Below are positions 1 through 15,000 of a DNA stretch of 64,000 bases, in pieces. Each line of letters begins with the position of its first letter. Within the stretch, counting starts at the first letter, position 1. The notes beneath the pieces are model-generated. The model was not told the origin of the DNA, searched no databases, and worked only from the letters and a program-made list of their open reading frames with translations. This DNA comes from Chrysomallon squamiferum (Eukaryota; Animalia; Mollusca), in the NCBI GenBank assembly GCA_012295275.1, contig CM022665.1, forward strand, positions 9,734,001 through 9,798,000. Direction: 5' to 3'. A program made the translations under genes and the position numbers.

Positions 1-372
1 GTTTATACGTAAATATTAGTATTTACGTCACGTGTTCCTTAACCTTCACACCGCGTATATACATAATTATCAATATGTGTTTTCATAATGTTATCACATC
101 CTAGTATCTACCGACCTCAATTTGCTTATTTAATTCTAGTGACTAAATCACTTTGTGTACGAAATCAAATACTGGCAACGTTGTTTGATCAGAGTTATTT
201 TCTTCGTGTGTTTGACAAGCTCATTAAAACTGAAAGTCAGTTAAAACTGTTTCGTAGCTGCAGGAAACACAGTGGCGACAGCGTAAGGAAAAGAACATCA
301 TGACTGTTGCGAAATTAAAAAACAAATAGAGGAGATTTAAAAATATAATAATAATAAATTAAAAAGATATGT

Positions 373-419
<47 letters not shown>

Positions 420-1954
420 AAAGAAAAAAAAAAAAAGAAAAGAAAAAAAAAAAAGAAAAAAAGAGAAGACGAAGATTTCATGATCATTAGAAAGCAGATT
501 ATATGTAGTTTAATTAAAGAGAATCGTTGTTCTTTTATTTTTATTTATTTATTTTTTAAATTAGTAATATATTTTATTATATAGCCGATTCATGTTATTT
601 CTACTACCGTATTAACCGATCAATGGTCGTATTAATCGAGTATTTTCCAAAGTGGTTGCAGAATGCTTTCTTTCTTTTTTATCATTATACAACAACAACA
701 ACAAATTGAGCAGCAACAATATTAGCAATAACTCCAAACAAAACAACTAAAACAACAATAAACAACATCTGTTTTACAACTAATAATCAATCAATCGTTC
801 GTCAAAAAAAAAAAAAAAAAAAAAAAAAATGAAATAAAAAATAAAAAACTGTTTCACAGCCTTGATAAGTCGTCTATTCCAGACTTAATTAATTAACGAG
901 AATAACAATTTTGCCGGGTCCAGTTAATGATCCATATAGCTGCTGGTCTTGACCAGTGGTCTTAACCGGTTGTCTGCCGAGTCTGCTATCTAAACACATT
1001 ACGATAAACAGGTTTTCTAACGAAGAAATGGTGTGCCTAAGATGGCGATGAAAACATAGCGAAGCCTCGGGGTTTAATACGTCTTATCGAACAGGCAAGA
1101 AATTGCTCATTAGTGAGAAAATGATGGACTCTAATGGCAATCATTGCAAGACACTTGTCATGTTTTTCTTTCTGCTGGTGGATTTCGTCTGAGTTCACTG
1201 CTGTTGAGATGGTTACCTATTATCATAAAACAGTCGTTTACATTCATTTGGGTCAGGCGCCGTTTAAGTCTGATAAAATTCTATAACCTGTATTTATCCA
1301 ACACAACAACAGCGGCAACAACAACGAAATTACAAAAACAGTATCAATAATGACGTAATATATGACCAAAAAAAAAAAAGAAGAAAAAAAGAGAAAAAAG
1401 AAAACATAATCATCACTACTATGATGTATTGTTGTAATAATAATAATAATAATAATAATACAGCAAAATAACGCTTACGCTAAGAAAGAAAATGGGATTG
1501 AACAAACAGACAAACAAACAAATTAATAAATTAAATAAAATAAAATTAATAATGTTATCTAAAATTTATTATAATAAGAGTGACATTCTCCAATACTTTT
1601 CGACACGACAGTGAGTCACTGGTGAAATGAGTATACAGCTACACGTATACATAATCTACGATGTATTACTTTTTCAGTTTTATCAAAGATCTAGCGCTGT
1701 CGAGGCATTTTCACGAAGACTGAAAAACAAATCATACGTGAGTAAATTTAAGAAACAAAAAACAGGTAACATGGGACAATATATACAAACGATTCTGTAT
1801 CCGTTTAACTTTTCTACAGGGTTAAATTTTATTTTAAACCGAACGAAAATGGTTATATTAAAGATACAAATTTATAACGGTCTTTTTTTTGGGGTTTTAT
1901 TTTATTTTATTTTATTTTATTTTATTTTATTTATTTATTTATTTATTTATTTTA

Positions 1955-1994
<40 letters not shown>

Positions 1995-3747
1995 TTAAAT
2001 TTTTATCAAGAATCGTAAATCAGCTTTCCTTACAATTTCGGCGAACACGATTTAATGTTGATTTTTAAAACGGTCTTACAGCACACATTTAGTTACATAA
2101 CTGATTTAAAAAAAAAAAAAAATTTAAATTAAATTAAATTAAAAAGTAATTTAAAATATATATAAATATATATATATATTAAATTATTTTATATGTTTAG
2201 TGACATTCAACAAACACAGGATAAATTTCTATCACTGCCTGTTGGATATCAAACTTTGGTATTTATTTAAAATAAAAATAAAAAACATCTTAGCAAACCC
2301 ATTACATTATTTTCACCAATATTTTTCTTTTGTAATGGTCAGGAAAATATGTGATATGCATGTGTTAAATGATTTATCGTTACTGTGAATGAAATTACGA
2401 TAAAAATGATGATTAAACAATAATTGTCACTTTAAAACAATTTATTCTTCAGATTTTATGACGCTACTATTATAATAAGCTGCAGTTGTTTTGAACCTAA
2501 AGAGAATGTTTCGAAATATTATAACAGGTAAACAGATAAATCGACCTTTTCTGTTACAGATAAATATTAATGTATTATTGTACATTCTGTATTATGACAA
2601 ATAATCTTCATATTTTATCTTTCTACAAATCATTATTTTATTTGTTTCAAACAACCAGCGTTTCATAATAACAAAGTGTAATAATAATGTAACAAACCAA
2701 TGAAAGTACTTGGAGACTGCTATTTCGATAATTATCGTGACATGACGTCATTAATTTTATACTCGTACATGCACAGCTGCTGATATGTACATTACTTTTG
2801 TAATAGTTTCCTCAGTCGATAAAGATAAACAAAAGCAAATGAGTAAATATTTCAAATCTTGTCGAATATACGAAATGACGTATAAAAATTAAAACAACAG
2901 GCTTTTGCATCTCTTTTTATTGTCGAACTTTATTATTAGCAAAGATTCGTGGCAATTTCGACGCATATGAAATATTTTAGGCGTTTTGTACGGATCATCG
3001 TAGGAACTCTTTAAGTATAGGTTACAGCAGTGTGAATGAACGAGAAGGAAATAGATTGGTTGTGTTTATTAGTTTTATTTATTATTTATTATTAAGTTAA
3101 ATTAGTTCAAAAATTGTCGTTCTAAGCAAATAAGCGTAAACTTGGCATTTATTGCAGCTACTTTATGCTACGAATGCATTTATATCAAAACATAGATTTA
3201 TCAGTTAACCTTAGTTCAGATCTTAGTAAATATAGATTCATATCTTGGTGATAGGTAGATAAAAGGGAAGACGTTCTCACGATTTTAGGAAAAAAATGTG
3301 AAATATGGATTCTTAGTATTACTTCTCTTTATTTTCAAATGATCCATTGACGTTGTCACAATATGGTATGTTTATATTAAATACAATGTTAATGTTTCGT
3401 TAAGTAACATCCAGTCAGTTATAAAATTAACAGTTTATGCTACTGAACAGCATATTTTCGTTGGTTTAGAGTAATTTAGCATAATTGATTTATTCTAGCC
3501 TAATCTGATTAAATTTATTTTTAGTAAATTTATTTATTTTTAAAGCAACTCTGTATTAAACGATATTAAATTGTGTTACTTTCGATTAGATTAAGCAGCA
3601 GCAGAGTAAACTTTACTGTAAAGTCTTTCTTATAGCATTCTATGCTCATAAGAAATATACTGCATATTATATATATATTTGTAATCTAACCTAAATCAAC
3701 AGTTTAATATAAGCGTGCCTCTGTATGACTATGTCTGTCTGGTGTGC

Positions 3748-3749
<2 letters not shown>

Positions 3750-3844
<95 letters not shown>
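3750..3844. repeat. (GA)n microsatellite
   Basis: Directly visible. Confidence 0.98.
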
Positions 3845-3845
<1 letters not shown>

Positions 3846-4421
3846 AGTAAATTTCAATGTTTACAAATTTCAACCTTAGAACTAAAGTAATTCCCAACAA
3901 TTAAACTATCATGCAAACATACAAACCTTCATAAATGGTGGTATAAACAAAAAGGAAAATATCTTGATAAGCATATACTTATTCCCACATATATATGTAA
4001 CTTACAACAGACAATATGGGTTACCTTGATAGATAAGTTACTACTTATAAATTAGATTTATTTTTAGATAATAAGATAATAAAAATGCATGTTTGTAGTA
4101 CGTATTTAAAATGTGACTTTAAAGGTAACTGCATGTGTTATACTTTTCTAATTCGTGTTTGTCTCCCTGTCTCTCTGTCTCTCTTCTCTCATTCTTTATA
4201 TACACTTCATATTTTTGTTATTACTGCTGGATTTTATTTATTTCGTTGTTCATGTTTATGAAGTTTTTGTTATATATGCTTTTAACATATGTTTCTGTTA
4301 TTATTTATTAACTATTCACGTGTCTTCCTTTCTAGCAAAGAAGAACATTAATGCAGACAAATTACAAAAAAGGTTCTTTTAGAAGGCTGATATCAAAGCA
4401 GCGTTTATCTTAATTAGAAAT

Positions 4422-5816
4422 ATGGTGGTCGTCAGAGAATTCGTAGAGGAGATCTCACTTACGAACGATAATTCATTTCTGCTTCCTGTACAGAATGATT
4501 TGAGGCTGCAGAATGATAAGCTAAAGGATATCCCAACATCAACATTTGGTGCCAAAGAAGCAGCAGATATCTGGCAAATTGAAGAGATTTTTGGTGTTCT
4601 TGTGATATCATTTCTGGTACCATTCATCCTTGGAAGCAACCTGCTTGTGTTCGTTGCAGTTAAAAAATTCAAAAGACTACAAGTTCCAACAAACTATTTT
4701 CTCGTATCGTTGGCAGCAGCAGATATTATTATAGCTCTCGCTATTCCATTTGTACTAGCAGCCGAGATCCACAAGGATGATATTGTGAATATCTACGTGT
4801 GCCTTGCGCCGAACAGGATCCTAATGATGGCGTGCGGCGTATCTATTTTGTCTTTAGCCGCTATTGCATATGACCGATACACCGCCCTGGCTAATCCGCT
4901 GGAATATGTCAGTATCATGACATTGAAAAAGATTGTGATAGTGATTACTTTGTCGTGGGTGTATTCGGCTGGTATTGCATGGATTCCTCTGTTCGGACAC
5001 TGGCACCTTAGCATCGGTTCAAGTCGTTGTTCATTCAGTCTGTTACACAGCAAGGCTCATACCATCTTTTTAGGAGCGATATTTGCACCTGCATGTTTTG
5101 CAATATTCTTCTGTTATTTCAGAATATACATTGTGGCACGACATCATGCACGTGCAATAGCAGCCGTCGAATCGTCAGTGCAGCACAATTTGCAAGTGCG
5201 TTACATCATCAAAGACACGAAGTACGCAAAAACACTGGCCCTTGTCATGGGCGTGTTCCTGTTTCTGTGGCTGCCATATCTGACGTGTTTATTTGTGGAA
5301 ATCATATCGGATTTGCTTGTCAACGACTGGGTGAGAAATTACCTTTCATTTCTAGCTCTTCTGAACAGCGGGCTTAATCCATGGGTGTATGCGTTCAAGA
5401 ATAACGAGTTCAGAGCGGCGTTTAAACGTATTCTCAAAGAATACTTCCCTACATGTCACTGTGGACGATCTCAACCTCGACGGCCTAGCATCCTGTCAGA
5501 ATCCAGCATGTACCCTGGATCTAACTCGTCCCTCAATATCAGCAGAACTAACACAACCAGCGTGACATCTACAGACATCGTGAAAACTGTGGGCGTCATC
5601 AATGAGATCATTGTGGAGAAAAACAACAATAACTACCCCGCAGTGACTAAACTGAATGCGGAATTTCTTCCCAATTTGTTAAAAGGCTATATTCCAAATA
5701 GCCATGAAGAGATCTCAAAAGAACACGAAGACAGCCTAAGTTCAGTTGAAACTGAAAGCAGTGTGCACAGTACCGACGAATCTCGAGAAGAATGTACTAT
5801 AGAAAGATCCCCATAA
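4422..5816 (+). CDS. Class A (rhodopsin-like) GPCR, single coding exon, 464 aa; orphan, loosely adenosine-receptor-like
   Basis: Seven hydrophobic segments with canonical motifs: TM1 GSN, TM2 SLAAAD, TM3 Cys3.25 and DRY, TM4 Trp, TM6 FLFLWLP, TM7 NSGLNPWVY, helix 8 KNNEFRAAFKRIL, and a Ser/Thr-rich C-tail. A pyrimidine tract plus AG at 4381-4382 suggests a 5'UTR intron. Confidence 0.95.
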   Translation: MVVVREFVEEISLTNDNSFLLPVQNDLRLQNDKLKDIPTSTFGAKEAADIWQIEEIFGVLVISFLVPFILGSNLLVFVAVKKFKRLQVPTNYFLVSLAAADIIIALAIPFVLAAEIHKDDIVNIYVCLAPNRILMMACGVSILSLAAIAYDRYTALANPLEYVSIMTLKKIVIVITLSWVYSAGIAWIPLFGHWHLSIGSSRCSFSLLHSKAHTIFLGAIFAPACFAIFFCYFRIYIVARHHARAIAAVESSVQHNLQVRYIIKDTKYAKTLALVMGVFLFLWLPYLTCLFVEIISDLLVNDWVRNYLSFLALLNSGLNPWVYAFKNNEFRAAFKRILKEYFPTCHCGRSQPRRPSILSESSMYPGSNSSLNISRTNTTSVTSTDIVKTVGVINEIIVEKNNNNYPAVTKLNAEFLPNLLKGYIPNSHEEISKEHEDSLSSVETESSVHSTDESREECTIERSP

Positions 5817-7419
5817 TAATCTTTAGAGTTAACCTTTGTCACCCTAATATAATTATTAACTGTTATCATATAATGATTATTATGTGGTACTTAATATTTT
5901 TACTCGTAAATATGATTTGAAAATTTATATATACATAAAGACCCATTATGGCCCCACCGAAAAAAAAAGAGAGAAAGAAATGGCGTTGAAAAAAAGAAAA
6001 TTGATTACATGACAAAGCATTATTTATTTTTTATTTTTTATCTCATGTTTGTTACGGCAATTAATTCATTAATGAAATGACTTGTATCAATGTATAATTT
6101 TATTTATGAATTATTCATCAAGTAATACAAATCGGTATTCGTAATTCAGTAACAGGCATTGATCCTGTGAAGAACAAAAGTAAAGCATTGATTTAATCAT
6201 AATGTTTTTAGAATACAACATATTCTATAGCTCTTCATCGCGATATAGTATTTTTTTAACAGATAAAAAAACGAGTAAATCCATCTTGTTAATCACAAGA
6301 TAACCTTTTAATCGACTATATAAACGTGCTTACATTGATTGAATGCCTATTCACTTCTCTGTTGAGAAAACATTGGTTAGGCTGTTTCCTTGCTGAATAG
6401 ATTAATTATTTGTTTATTTATGTAATTAAAAGGCAGTGTGTAAATAAATACAAATAAAACCCAGTGAATCAGTATTTAATGTACATAATGTAAATAACAG
6501 AATATCCTGTATATAATATTGATGTTTGATTTGCTATAAATTATGTCACTGAAAATAATATTATGTTAATATGAACTTCAGTGCTAAAATATGCATAAAG
6601 ATGTTAAAATATTAATAATATCTGTTTTCCTAAGAAGGTGTTTCGTTTTTTATTCAAACTCCTTTACAAGCCCATACTTTCAGTTAAAGCGATTAAATCA
6701 GAGACAGAATATTATTGAACAAAGATATTCTATCAATAACCATTATTGCATAGTGTATAAACATTATCACATATGTCTGAAATTTATTATTTCTTATCAT
6801 TTGTTTAAAAATAAGATTTAAAACATATCATATAGTTCTGGTTTCATTCACAGAAATCATTGAAAACGTCGCTTAAAAGTAATAAAGTAATGTTAAGAAT
6901 AAAAAATAAATTTTTAGTGAAATTTGAAACATAATTGTTTATTTATATATATTTCTGTTTGTTCCTCTGTGTTTGTGTCTATGTGTATATGTGCGTGTTT
7001 GTGTGTGTGTCTGAAAGAAATATATATATGTGTGTGTGTGTGTATATATATATATTTATGCGTTTGTGCCATGATATCTTTGCAGTATTAAGAACTGTTT
7101 AATAAATTATTATATATCTTGTAATGGATAACGATATAAAATATTGGAAAAGAGTCAAAAATTTAACAAACAAGACATATATTAATACTATAGAAAGAAA
7201 TAGCATACAGACTAGGTTTTTTTTAAATTCAACATCATAATCTGAATTTGCCCTTAAATCGTGCCCTGAATTATGTTGAAATTTGTAAATATTAATATAT
7301 AATAAATTTGTATTACCTTACAAAATGTAAAATACTGCACTGTATCTCTGGCATGTAATAACTAACTCATAATATTAACTACGGAAAACCAAACACCACA
7401 TGGTTCATTACGTCTGATG

Positions 7420-7460
<41 letters not shown>

Positions 7461-9229
7461 CACACGCATGCACGTACACACATTTATGCTCTATCCACAG
7501 TTAAAAGTTCAACGTTTCACCGGTGATTTTATTATTATGTTGTTGTTTTTTTAACTGATAGAATGTGCCTCATTAATACTACCGTAAAACTTTGAAAACA
7601 AATAAATACTGATTTTTCAAGAACATGACAAAAAGCACAGTTTATATATTTTTATAATTAACTTAATTTTGAAATTTTTCCTATTTTATTACTGAAAAAT
7701 ATAATAATAGGTTTGTTTAAAAAAAAAAAAAAACCCAAAACCCATAGATTTAAATTTTACTGTGATAGTTTCGATCCTTAATTGAAGCTGAAAACGAAAT
7801 TTTAGACAGTTTTCTATTCAATGTTTTATGGTAATATGAAATTAAAATTTAATATTTGTTAAATATACACACGTTTTGTACAGGTTTTTAATTGTATATT
7901 TATGCACAGATATTGCAAATAAAATGTGTGAAACAATTTTTTTGTTTGTTTGTTTTATCTTTCTTCTTCTTCTTTTATATATTTCTTTCTTTCTTTTTCT
8001 TTTAATTTGTTTTAAATATTTGCTTTTTATTTGTTTGGGTCTTAGGTTTCTGTTTTAAACAGTATTTGTGTTGTTTTGTTATTTTCCTTTTCTTTCTTTT
8101 TTTTTTTCTTTTTTCTTTTTTTTAAAAACCATTTTGTTTGTTTGTTTTTATTATTTTCATTTTTCTTTTCTTATATGAACGAATTACTTTTTGTTTCAAA
8201 ACGAGGCTAAACACGTTTTTATGTAGTGTAATCCAGACATTCAGTAGTAATTAAATACATTTATATTAGGATCGATACTAAGTTCGAATAATATAAAATT
8301 ACATGTTAGTTTGAGAGGCCAAAGATATATTTCCATGATAATCAGACACTAATTACAGTTTGATATGTTACGTCTGCTTAATCAGTCACGTGTCTAAGTA
8401 CAGTTGTGTGTAATTTCAGATGTCCTGAATAAGTAACACTGACGACAGCAACAACAACAATACAAGTGACAGTAATAAATAAATAAATAAAAAAATGTCT
8501 GGAGACACATGAAGTTATTAATTATATTATAAGAAATCAAGTTTTAATTTTTTTTTAGCAAAAACACTGGCTCATAATAAACATATACATACAAAGAAAT
8601 AAATAAAGAAAGAAGAAATAAAGACGAAAAAAAGATAGAAAAAAGGAAGAAAATAAAATTAATAATAATAATACAAATTTCAAACATAAAATCAAAGGAA
8701 GAAATAATATAATTATATATTATATAATAACCAGTATTTTTTAAATAAATAAAAATACAATTAAAAAAATAATAATTAAAGCAGAATATTTGCAATAAAT
8801 ATGTTTTTGTCTATGACTACATTATTATCGGAAATATTTGCTTCATTTGTTCAGAAATGGAGAAAATAATTTGACTGAGTGTCAAAATATTTAAAAAAAA
8901 AAATGTATAATAATTAAGGTCTTGCTGCAAAGAGAAATTTTAGAAAATGACATCTTAAAGGAATACCATCTAATTCAATTATTCATTTTTAATATATTTT
9001 TTTTAAATTTATTTATTTGTTTATTTATTCTTTTTAATTTTTCAGCTAATGAATTCATCCTAAAATGTGTGAATATGCTGTTGCATGTTTCATATATGAA
9101 TATTTGCAATATGTTTCATTTAATGACCCCCCCCTCAACATGAGAATTAATACTTGTCTAGTGCAACAGACACGAAATGATCATTTAAGTCGTTTAACTG
9201 TTTAGCACAGCTAAGTCTGATGCAAGAGT

Positions 9230-9410
9230 AGTTTCCCCTGACAAATGAGGAAGAGGTCGCTTTTCACAGTGAATTCTGGGACGAAACATCAGATGTGGAA
9301 TAAATATTGGAGATTTATTTGTATTATTTAAATTTACTAACTTTAAAACATAAAAATGTGTTACTAGTGCCTTGATCTGGATGACGACGTGTATTGTTTC
9401 TTGTAGTCAG
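9230..9410 (+). promoter_or_regulatory. Candidate promoter and non-coding first exon of aftiphilin
   Basis: CpG-retaining patch just upstream of the CpG-depleted gene body. Donor-like CAG|GTAATA at 9410/9411 and acceptor TTTCAG|G at 11959/11960 ahead of the ATG at 12017. Inference only. Confidence 0.3.
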
Positions 9411-12016
9411 GTAATAACTATACGAATTACATTTCTTGTTCGCTAGGACAGCGGATCAGCCTCCGAAATGGAAGCAGATTGAATCATTGATCATGACATT
9501 CCTTTTTATTTTAATTTGATTTGTTTACATTTCTTGTTAAGTACTTGATCCTCAGTTACATTTAACGTTACAATATGTTTTATTTCAGCTGGAAATATTG
9601 CATATAAAAGCTATTAAACTGTGACCTATATAAATTGTTTCCATAACGATGATTGTTTACGTTTTCCATCAACTTTTCTCTATTTGTCAAGCCGATGACC
9701 GAAAAGTCATGAAAATTTCCATACTGTTTAGTAGACATATGGTGATAAATGGAAAATGAATAAATGTTTGTGATATCCAAACATTTTAATATTGCCCATT
9801 ATTAAGTGGTACTCTGCTTCTGTTATAAAACAGAACTGAATATAAGAATAGAAACACGAGCTGCTGTCACTTCGTAGGCTCTACGGTAATACATAAATTA
9901 TCTGCAAAGATATTTTTAATTTTACACGGACTTTTCCATAGACGAAAAAGCACATGCCATAACTATTAAATAATGGCTGTAGAGGTGGAACTGGAAGTGG
10001 TGACAAGGAAGCATTAATATATTATTCCACTTTTTATTATGTTCATAATTAATTTATTATGCTTTCTAGCGTTTGTTGCAGGTTTCCTCTCTTGTTTTGT
10101 TTTTTTGGTTTTTTTGGAAGGTGGGGTGGGCATTTACATAGTAAATAATATTATGACTAAACAAACTGTCGATCAGTTCCAAATATCTCAAAATATTTTA
10201 CTGTACATACTACTTTTAAAATTTGTATTATATTTTTATTTATTTAATAAATTTAAAGATGTTGAACGAACTAAATGTAAAATTTCATTTATTTTACTTT
10301 AAAATGATTGACTAGAGATATCTGTTATTAGACTTTAATGATTAACAATGGATTTAATCACAAACAAGCATAAAAGAAAAATGAAAACAATATATTTTTA
10401 GTTTATTATTTATTTTATTTTATTTTTTATTTTTAAAATAATATATTATAATTATTATTATTATTATTTATTTTTTTTAAATTAAAAGTATATTTGTTAT
10501 TTATTCATATAAACACCACTGAATGTTGTAATCAAATATTCTTGTACACACAGTTTGGATATATTAAGATGAGAGTATTCCTATGGCTACATCACATAAT
10601 TAAGCTGAAACAGTATTATTATTAGTGATTTGGTCAGTTTTGTTTTGACTGCAATTTTTTATTACAGAAACAAAATGATTAAATTTTATTATAAATTTAA
10701 TAAAGATCAATATATATTCTATCATATTCAGTGATAATACATCCAGCCAGTTATAAGGATGTGAACATTTAAAAGTTTAATTTATTTAAAAAAATTATTT
10801 GTGTTTAACTCATAAGCTTACATTTAATTTGAATAAAATTAATATTTGTATGAATGGCAGATGAATACCAGTAGTCTAACAATATTCACTGGTAACTAAT
10901 GATCTATTCATTAAAGTATCATATTAATTAAATATAAAACATGATATGTTGGGAGTAAAACAAAATATTAAAATAGAACAAATCATATGAGTGAAGATAA
11001 AAACAAACATTTATTAAGCAAAGTGAGGTTCACAAGTTTTAAGGTTTTTTGTGTTTTGTTTACTTTTTCCCTGTTTTTGTTTTTCTTTGTCACCAAGATG
11101 TTGGCATCATTACTTTTTATTTGTTAATATTATTGTTTGGGACCTTGCATTACATTTTTTATTATTTACTTTTTTTATTTATTATTATTTATTTATCAAA
11201 TATTTTTACTAGCATTATTATGGCCAGCTTTTTTTGTTAATTGATAACATCGTTTCATCTAGTAAAAATACAAATATCAGGTGTATGTGAGGTAATGCAA
11301 CTTCCACTATAGTGTTAACTTGAATCATACCTTTTCTTCTTTTCTTTTCATTTTTTTTTACTTGTGTCAAATATGCTAGACAGAATGAGTTGATACAAAA
11401 GTGTTATTTATTAAAATGTGTATTTTTCTTAATAATCGTGATTGACAATTAATGTTCACATAACAGTTAAATGTCAACTATTATTTGCACTATTTTGAAA
11501 CTATTTTCTTTCATACAATAATAATAAAATAATATAAAAAATATAAAAGTAAGAAATAATATGCAAATTAAAAAATCCATTACAGGGTCAACACTTCATC
11601 TCTATAACTGTTTAAGCAACAACTATAAAGGCACATTGAGAGTGTGTGAACGTTTTGTGTAATATATTTGTGCAAAATTACTTCTTCACGTTTTTCGAGA
11701 AGGTAACAACAGTTACCTGAGTTTTTAATTTATGAGATACTGGATTTGTTGTTGTTTATAATAATAATAAATAGATACAATTGATGTTTTATGCTTTTAA
11801 TATTAAAATGCCACCCAAAATAATAATAATTTAGAGTTATGATTCATTTATGTTCTTTTTTTTTAATTGTTGTTTTATGTTATATCATTAGTTGAATGCA
11901 TGTTCACTCACTATGATTTCAAATACTGTTATTAATATTTATGTATTTAAATATTTCAGGCTCTACTACTTCTAGTTGTTTAACATTAACTAGGTTCATG
12001 TCTTCTAGATACCATC

Positions 12017-15000
12017 ATGTCAAATATGATCCCAATTGTTTCATCATCCCCACCACCTTTTGATGATTCCTGTGGCTGGGATGACGGTGAAGATGATTTT
12101 GGCAGTTTCACTAGTGCAGATGACCAACATAAAGATTCTCCTGATATTCTTGATAAATCACAAAACAGTGATGTAGAAAATAAGAACTGTAATGGCCTTT
12201 CTTGTCAGAAAATATCAAAAACTACTGTAGATGATATTGATTCCTGCAATAAACATTCAACCAATGATTCTTATCAACAGACCAATTCTACAAAAGAAAA
12301 CTTGGATACCATAACTAATGGAAATGGTGATTTTGCTCATATTGATAGTGAAGATACATCAAATCCTGTTAGGCCACAAATTGCTGCTTTACCTCTGAGT
12401 AAGATTAATGAAGCAAGAGACAGGACAGATTGTGAGCTGAATGATAATGAGACAAATAGAGAGCCATATGATGAAACTGTAACACTAGGTGAAGGCAAGG
12501 AACAAAATAAAAGTTGCAGTGTTAGTATGCGAGATTCTACAACTGATTCAGGAATGTTCAGTAACGACATTTCCCCTGTCCAAAAATCAGAGGATACAGC
12601 AGAGTTCTGTGATAAAACCGGTTGTTCAGATACTGATGAACCTTTCCCAGATTTATCCCCTGATGGCAAAGTTGAAGCAACCATCAGTCAGACTCAACAA
12701 GGTGATAACCAGATGTCATCTCCAGAAGTCAGTAAATCTTTACATGGAGATGAGAAAGAGTTCAGTGATGAAAGTGATAAAATGAGGACTAATTCTTTTG
12801 ATTCCATCAGTGAAGGTTCACTGAACACAGTTGGTTTGAGTATTTTGTCAGGTTGTGATGAAACTATTACTACAAAGGAAAACTCTTCATTTAGAGATGA
12901 ATCTGAAGGTGATGAATGGGGCCAATTGTCTGTCAGTGAATCAGGTATTCCTCAGACATCAGAGAATTTAGGGCTTGTAGATGATTCCTGTGAACCATGT
13001 GATGATGTGTGTAAATCAGATGGTTCAGACAATCAAATTTTTATCTCTACTGAAGAAACAGTAACAACAGTTTGTGAAGCAGAGGGTAATTCTGAAAATG
13101 AAAATATTTGTGATTATAATGTTTTGCCACATTCCACAAACAAGGACCTTCAGAATTCCATAAACTTGCAAACCATTCCTTCCAAAACAGATCTATCTCA
13201 AGATTCAGTTACTATCCCTTGCAGTGATGCTGACAATGAACAGAATCAGGAGTCAGCAGATAATACGTATATTCAAAACCAAGAACCTGTTCCAGCTCAA
13301 AATGTTGATTCATCACAAAGATGTTCAAATCAAGATTCAGATTCAGCAGACACCTCTAATGACACAACTATTTATTTAGACACAGAAACACAACATCAGT
13401 CAGACAATGTCCAAAGTGCAGAAAAACAAAAATCTCCTATCAAAGATATTAGCATAGCTGATGAAGAATGTTCAGATAATTTGTTTGATAATTTTGAAGG
13501 TAATGAAGAGTGCATTGATGACTGGACAGGCTTTCGAACCAGTGGTCATTTGGATCAGCCTCTGGATTTACCTTCTATATCTCAGGATTTTGATGGTGAT
13601 AATAATGATGAGGATTTTGGTGATTTTATTGATAATGCAGTTGTGAAAGAAAATGTTATTCATGGTTCTACACGTTCTGAAGACTCTGTAAGTGATCCTA
13701 ACCAAGATAATTTGGAAAAGTTTAATGGAAGTGGTGATGGTGATTGGGCAAATAATGATGATGACTGGGCTAATTTTGAGGAGGCACATGATGATAATGA
13801 TGATGGTGATGATGGTGATGATGGCGAGTTTGGACAGTTCGAATCGAAGCCAGTACCAGAGGCGACAGCTGTAAAGACACCACAGGTATTATCAGTGATA
13901 AAATTATTAAATATCATTTAATTGTCTTTATTATCAGTGTTTGAACAATATCAAAAACAGAAACACAAATTATTATTAATATACTTGTTTTTACTATTAT
14001 TTTATTAAATGCATGAACATAAAACTCTTATTAAACAATAACATGAATAATCAATGCATACTGAAATATATTTGAATGTCTCAATAAACTTTAATATGTT
14101 AATTCCTATTTGTTTCTTTGACATTTACAGTATAAAGATATAGGAGAACGACTAACTGGTGTTATGGATGGGTGTTTTCTTGCTCCAGTTATAAATGAAA
14201 ATGATGAAGTGAACAGTATTAAATCAGATGTACTTCAGGCCATTATATCCTGTGATACAGAAAAAAATAAGCCTCAGTGGTCACAGTGAGTTTTTTAAAA
14301 CATTAAATAAATTACATTTGCTAGTTTTATATTTTCATGAGATAGTAGAATCCATTTTAAAATAATGTTCATTGGAATAAAATTAGTTTTATTTTTCATC
14401 TGAATTATGAAACATAATATTGTTAACATAATGAGATTGAGATAAGTCATCTCAAGAAATCTAGTTATCTTTTAAAATGGTAAAATCAGCATTGTACTGT
14501 AATAATAGAAGAGTAGTGTACAAAATGTGTTTTGTAGCATGTGTCTGCGTGTGTTTGTGTAATACTGTTAATAGTGAACAAACAGTATAATAATCATTTT
14601 ATTTAAAGTAACCACAATACATAATAATGATTGTTTATGGAAATCTGCAAGGTTTTAAATCATGGACTTGTTTTTTTTTATTATATCAGGAAACCTGAGA
14701 CAGCAGATTTTATAAGGAAGATCTGGGGTAAACTTGTAGACCTAGACAAGACTCCAGCTCTAGATTACCAGTGGACCTCATCAAGGGGAAACTCATTTAT
14801 GTTCAAAACTTTGCACATTGACACTCAGAATATAGTATGATTATTTATTTATATTTTTATCATGTGTTTGTGTAATGATAATTATGTATAAAACTAATAT
14901 TTCAGTGTTAATAAAGTCTCAGCATTTGTCATTCTTTGGAGATTGTAATATCCTTAGTGTTCATTTAAATCAAGGTTATAACTTTCATATATGTAAGGGT

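Noticed and set aside
369-584. Poly-Lys ORF and the many LSLSLS / IIII / FFFF ORFs
   Set aside because: Translations of poly-A, (CT)n, (AAT)n and T-rich intronic sequence.
880-1300. GC-richer segment upstream of the GPCR as a coding exon
   Set aside because: No convincing ORF or motif. It may be UTR or regulatory, but I cannot support a specific call.
12337-13917. Overlapping or antisense ORFs within aftiphilin exon 2, and likewise within the GPCR CDS
   Set aside because: Shadow frames of real coding exons with no motifs.
13886-13921. C-terminus VLSVIKLLNII* of the 634-aa ORF
   Set aside because: Read-through into an intron; the donor CAG|GTATT at 13885 continues to conserved aftiphilin exons.
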